From Dehalococcoidia bacterium (GTDB taxonomy: Bacteria; Chloroflexota; Dehalococcoidia; UBA2979), in NCBI GenBank assembly GCA_964291495.2, contig OZ219872.1, positions 384,001-448,000 on the forward strand: 64,000 nt of DNA, read 5' to 3'. Of this stretch, positions 56,682 through 64,000 are shown piece by piece. The position numbers and the translations under genes were made by a program. The notes under the pieces were generated by a model. The model ran no database searches. It was given only the letters and a program-made list of their open reading frames with translations, and had not been told where the DNA came from. Numbering within the stretch: the stretch's first letter is position 1; each line of letters begins with the position of its first letter.

Positions 56682-57470
56682 CAGCCCGCGTCCTCTGGGA
56701 GGCTGCGCCCCCAGGGCAGACACCAACGAGGCTCCAACATCTCGCGAGGCCCTGGAGCGGCGCGCCACGCGCGCCGTCCCCCTCACCCCCCCGCCCTCTC
56801 CCGCGAGGGGAGAGGGAGCCGGACCGCCCTCGTGACTCCGGCGCGGACCGCAGCGGGGAGGGGACCAGAACCGCCTTCGGGACTATTCGGAGGGGGCTCC
56901 CTCCGATCCCCTCTCCCCCGGCGGGAGAGGGTTAGGGTGAGGGGGACTCCGGCATAGCCGGAGCGCGCGCCCTCGAGACTGTCGCTGCGCGCTCGCAACC
57001 CCCGTGCGCCCGCCGGCCGCGCTCGCGTGCGCCTCCCTCACCCCCACCCTCTCCCTCGGGGAGAGGGCGCCGGATCGCCCTCGTGGCTGTGGGGCTGGCG
57101 ACGGACCGTGGGGGTGTGGGGCTGGCGACGGACCGTGGGGGTGTGGGGGCGTAGCCCCCACGGAGGGGGCGCGGGGCGCAGCCCCGCATCCATTGAGGGC
57201 GGGTGGGTGGGCCGGAGCGGCGCGCAGCGCCCGTTCCTTCGGATGGGGGTGTAGGGGCCTGCGAGGTTCCTCGCATCCGATCGAAACAGCGCCCCCTCCC
57301 CCCACAAAGAACACGCTCCGGCCCTCAAGTGCTCGTTGCCCGTCGGACCTTTCGTCGGCGTGCGCCTCCCTCACCCCCACCCTCTCCCTCGGGGAGAGGG
57401 GGCCGGAGGGGGCGAAGCGAGGGCCGCCTCTCGGCGGCCCTGGTGTTCCTGCGAAACCGGCGCTACCAGC
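56682..57470. repeat. About 790-bp non-coding mosaic of REP-like elements between convergent genes
   Basis: Family A copies at 56778, 56908 (inverted), 57025 and 57358, the last two an identical 43-bp pair. A 27-nt tandem repeat at 57088-57141. GGGGCGYAGCCCC palindromes. Confidence 0.85.
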
Positions 57471-59975
<2,505 letters not shown>

Positions 59976-60147
59976 CCCGCCACTCCCGTCGTGCGCATTA
60001 AGGCTACCACGGCCCCGAGCGGCGTTCGAGGCGAGCAGCCGGGGCGAACGCTTACGTCAAGCGCCGGTCACGCAGCCCGGCCAGGTGCGCCGCCGGCCGG
60101 TCCGCGGACCGGCCGGTGCTGGCTCTCCGAGGAAGCCGCTGGCGAAG

Positions 60148-61656
60148 CTATTCGTCGTTGGCCTCGGCCTCCTGGGAGGCGAGCTCCTCCTGCGCTTGCT
60201 TCATGGCGGCGGCCATGGCGGTCATCGGCGGGGCCTCCGGGCGACGCGGGGCGCCCTGGTCGGCGCCGCTGCCGCGGCGGCTGCGCTCCTCGGCGCGGGC
60301 TTCCCGCTCCGCCTCGGCCTCGGCTTGCCGCGCGGCGTAGCGCTCTTCGACGGCGGCGCACTCGTTCGGGAACTCCTCACGCGCCTCGTCGGCGATGCCC
60401 ATGACGCGCCCGTGATCGTCGAAGCTCCAGCCGCGGATCTCGGCCTCCTGCCGGCCCTCGCGCAGCGAGAGCCCGAGGCGGTGCCGGTCGTGCTCGATGC
60501 GCACGATCTTGAGCGGCACCACATCGCCCTCGTTGAGGATCTCGTCGGGCGCGTTGATCCGCCGGTCGACCAGTTCCGAGACGTGCGCGAGGCCCTCGAC
60601 GGGCCCGGGCAGCCGCGTGAACGCGCCGAAGGCGACGACCTTCGTGACGACGCCGGGGACGACGTCGCCGACCTCGTAGCGGGCGATCAGGTCCTGCCAC
60701 TGCTCGGGCGCGGCGCGGCGCACGGAGAGCGCGATCTTCTTGTTCTCGCGGTCGATCCGCATGACGAAGACGTCGATGTCCTGGCCGATGCTGAAGAGCT
60801 GCTCCGGGTCCGCGTTGCGGTCCCAGGAGAGCTCGGAGAGGTGCGCGAGGCCGTCGGCGCCGCCGAGGTCGACGAAGACCCCGAAGTTGCGGATCGAGGT
60901 GACCTTGCCGCGGCGGACTTCGCCCTCGGTGAGTTCGCCCAGCAGGCGCTCCTTCTGCTCGGCGCGCCACTCCTGCATGGCGGCGCGCTCGGAGAGGATC
61001 GCGCGGTTGCGGCGGCGGTTGATCTCGATCACCTTCATGCGCAGCACGCGGCCGACCTGGTCGGAGAGCGGGTTGGCGCCGTCGCTGCCGGGCTTGGCGC
61101 CGACCACCTGCGACATGGGGATGAAGGTGTTGACGCCCTCGACGTTGGCGAGCAGGCCACCCTTGTTGAAGCCGGTGATCTCCGCCTCGAAGATCTCGCC
61201 GCTCTCGAAGCGCTCCTGCAGGATCCGCCAGCCCTGTTCGCCGCGTGCGCGGTCGATCGAGAGCTGGACCTGGCCGTCCTCGGTCTCCGCCTGCAGCACG
61301 TAGGCCAGGACCTTCTCCCCGATGCTGAGCCGGGAGAGCGGGTCGGAGCCGAGCGAGTGCATTTCCTGCACGGGCACGACGCCCTCGGACTTGGAGCCGA
61401 TGTCGACGAGGTCGATGAGGACGCCGTCGCGCTCGATGCTCATGACGGGGCCTTCGATGACCTCGCCGCGGCGCAGCTGGCGCGGTTCGGGCGCCTCGCC
61501 GGCGTCGAGCAGCGCGCCCATGTCGAGGATCTCTTCCTCGGCAGCGGGTGCGGGTGCTGGAGTCGGTTCGGGCTGGGGAGGTGGCGTGGCTTCGGCCACT
61601 GCTGCGGGAGCGCCGGCAAGCGGCTCGGTCTGCTCCGGGGTGTCGGGATTCGTCAA
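60148..61656 (-). CDS. rpsA: 30S ribosomal protein bS1 (four S1 domains)
   Basis: GSKSEG, NKGGL, FGVFVDLGGADGLAHLSELSW, FGAF..VEGLAHVSEL. TGnTATGAT promoter at 61723-61731. Confidence 0.93.
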   Translation of the reverse strand: MTNPDTPEQTEPLAGAPAAVAEATPPPQPEPTPAPAPAAEEEILDMGALLDAGEAPEPRQLRRGEVIEGPVMSIERDGVLIDLVDIGSKSEGVVPVQEMHSLGSDPLSRLSIGEKVLAYVLQAETEDGQVQLSIDRARGEQGWRILQERFESGEIFEAEITGFNKGGLLANVEGVNTFIPMSQVVGAKPGSDGANPLSDQVGRVLRMKVIEINRRRNRAILSERAAMQEWRAEQKERLLGELTEGEVRRGKVTSIRNFGVFVDLGGADGLAHLSELSWDRNADPEQLFSIGQDIDVFVMRIDRENKKIALSVRRAAPEQWQDLIARYEVGDVVPGVVTKVVAFGAFTRLPGPVEGLAHVSELVDRRINAPDEILNEGDVVPLKIVRIEHDRHRLGLSLREGRQEAEIRGWSFDDHGRVMGIADEAREEFPNECAAVEERYAARQAEAEAEREARAEERSRRGSGADQGAPRRPEAPPMTAMAAAMKQAQEELASQEAEANDE

Positions 61657-61779
61657 GGTCTGTTCGGTCCTCCTGTCCTGGGCTCGCCGCCGGCGGCCCG
61701 CCGGGCCGCTGGCAGCCGAGGGATCATATCACGCGTCCCGGTAGCGCTCCGCCCCGAGGCGGACAGCCCCGGACGCGGA

Positions 61780-61808
61780 GCGAGCCGGCTCCGTGTGGGC
61801 CGGCTCGC
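61780..61808 (-). terminator. Hairpin immediately 3' of 5S rRNA
   Basis: GCGAGCCGGC...GCCGGCTCGC 10-bp stem, no U-tract. Confidence 0.6.
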
Positions 61809-61812
61809 ATGA

Positions 61813-61933
61813 GTCCTGGCAGTGGCCTATTTTCCGCACCCGGTTGCCCGGGGAGTATCGTCAGCGCTGCGGCGTTTCACTTCCGTGTTCGGGATGGGAA
61901 CGGGTGGTTCCACCGCGCTCTAACCACCAGGAC
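61813..61933 (-). rRNA. rrf: 5S rRNA
   Basis: GTCCTGGTGG..CCCATCCCGAACACGGAAGTGAAAC..TGCCAGGAC, with paired ends. Confidence 0.95.
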
Positions 61934-61938
61934 CGTCA

Positions 61939-61967
61939 AGTATGGCGGCGGGCGCGGTGGCGGGCAA
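61939..61967 (-). promoter_or_regulatory. Putative dedicated promoter for 5S rRNA
   Basis: TTGCCC-N17-CATACT, ending 5 nt before the 5S 5' end. Confidence 0.6.
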
Positions 61968-62021
61968 GCGTGGGCGCCGCCCTCGATGGCCTCGCCGGTC
62001 CTCGAGGGAGCGGAGGACGCG

Positions 62022-62051
62022 ACAGGGGCGCAGCGGTTGCTGCGCCCCTGT
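62022..62051 (-). terminator. Perfect 13-bp hairpin downstream of tRNA-fMet
   Basis: ACAGGGGCGCAGC-N4-GCTGCGCCCCTGT. Confidence 0.6.
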
Positions 62052-62058
62052 GATTGGT

Positions 62059-62133
<75 letters not shown>

Positions 62134-62282
62134 ACGGGTCCGGATCGCTCCCGGTCTGGCTACATTCATTGTAGCCGGTCCGGGGCTCCGGGTTGCGGTC
62201 GCCGCGGGGGCGGCGACCGCCGGAAGCTGGACGTGACGGGAGCGGTTGGCGACGGCGGGGAACGCCGAGGGCGCCTGATGAA

Positions 62283-64000
<1,718 letters not shown>

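Noticed and set aside
57025-57400. CRISPR array
   Set aside because: Only two copies 290 nt apart, the tandem units have no spacers, and there are no cas genes. The motifs match dispersed REP-like families.

Overview
Very GC-rich bacterial chromosome segment with about 60 CDS, plus the 3' part of a 23S rRNA, an initiator tRNA and a 5S rRNA. The gene content (three luciferase-like/F420-type oxidoreductases, FbiB-C-like nitroreductase, homodimeric GlyRS, translin-family protein, four-domain S1) suggests Chloroflexota, probably Dehalococcoidia-related; this is inference, not a database result. Most of it is housekeeping: argF, comEA/comEC, rph, serA, mutS2, selA, uvrA, glyQS, hppA, rnhB, ftsH, rplU-rpmA-rpmE, hisHAFI, ligA, mreBCD-mrdA-rodA, clpC, rpsA. 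There is also a 12-kb acyl-CoA/flavin catabolic cluster, a vapBC module and five clusters of REP-like palindromes. Most notable: (1) six of about 60 genes appear to start at non-canonical ATC or CTG codons, mostly behind good Shine-Dalgarno sites, alongside several leaderless genes; (2) a 23S - tRNA-fMet - 5S layout in which 5S has its own consensus promoter; (3) an operon of two FmdB zinc-ribbon proteins and a translin/TRAX-like protein; (4) an LvaA-LvaB-like fusion coupled to an LvaC-like dehydrogenase; (5) a perfect DnaA box over the mreB promoter; (6) an unannotated 49-aa very basic protein. Three single-base frameshifts are probably assembly errors. All family assignments come from motif recognition by eye.
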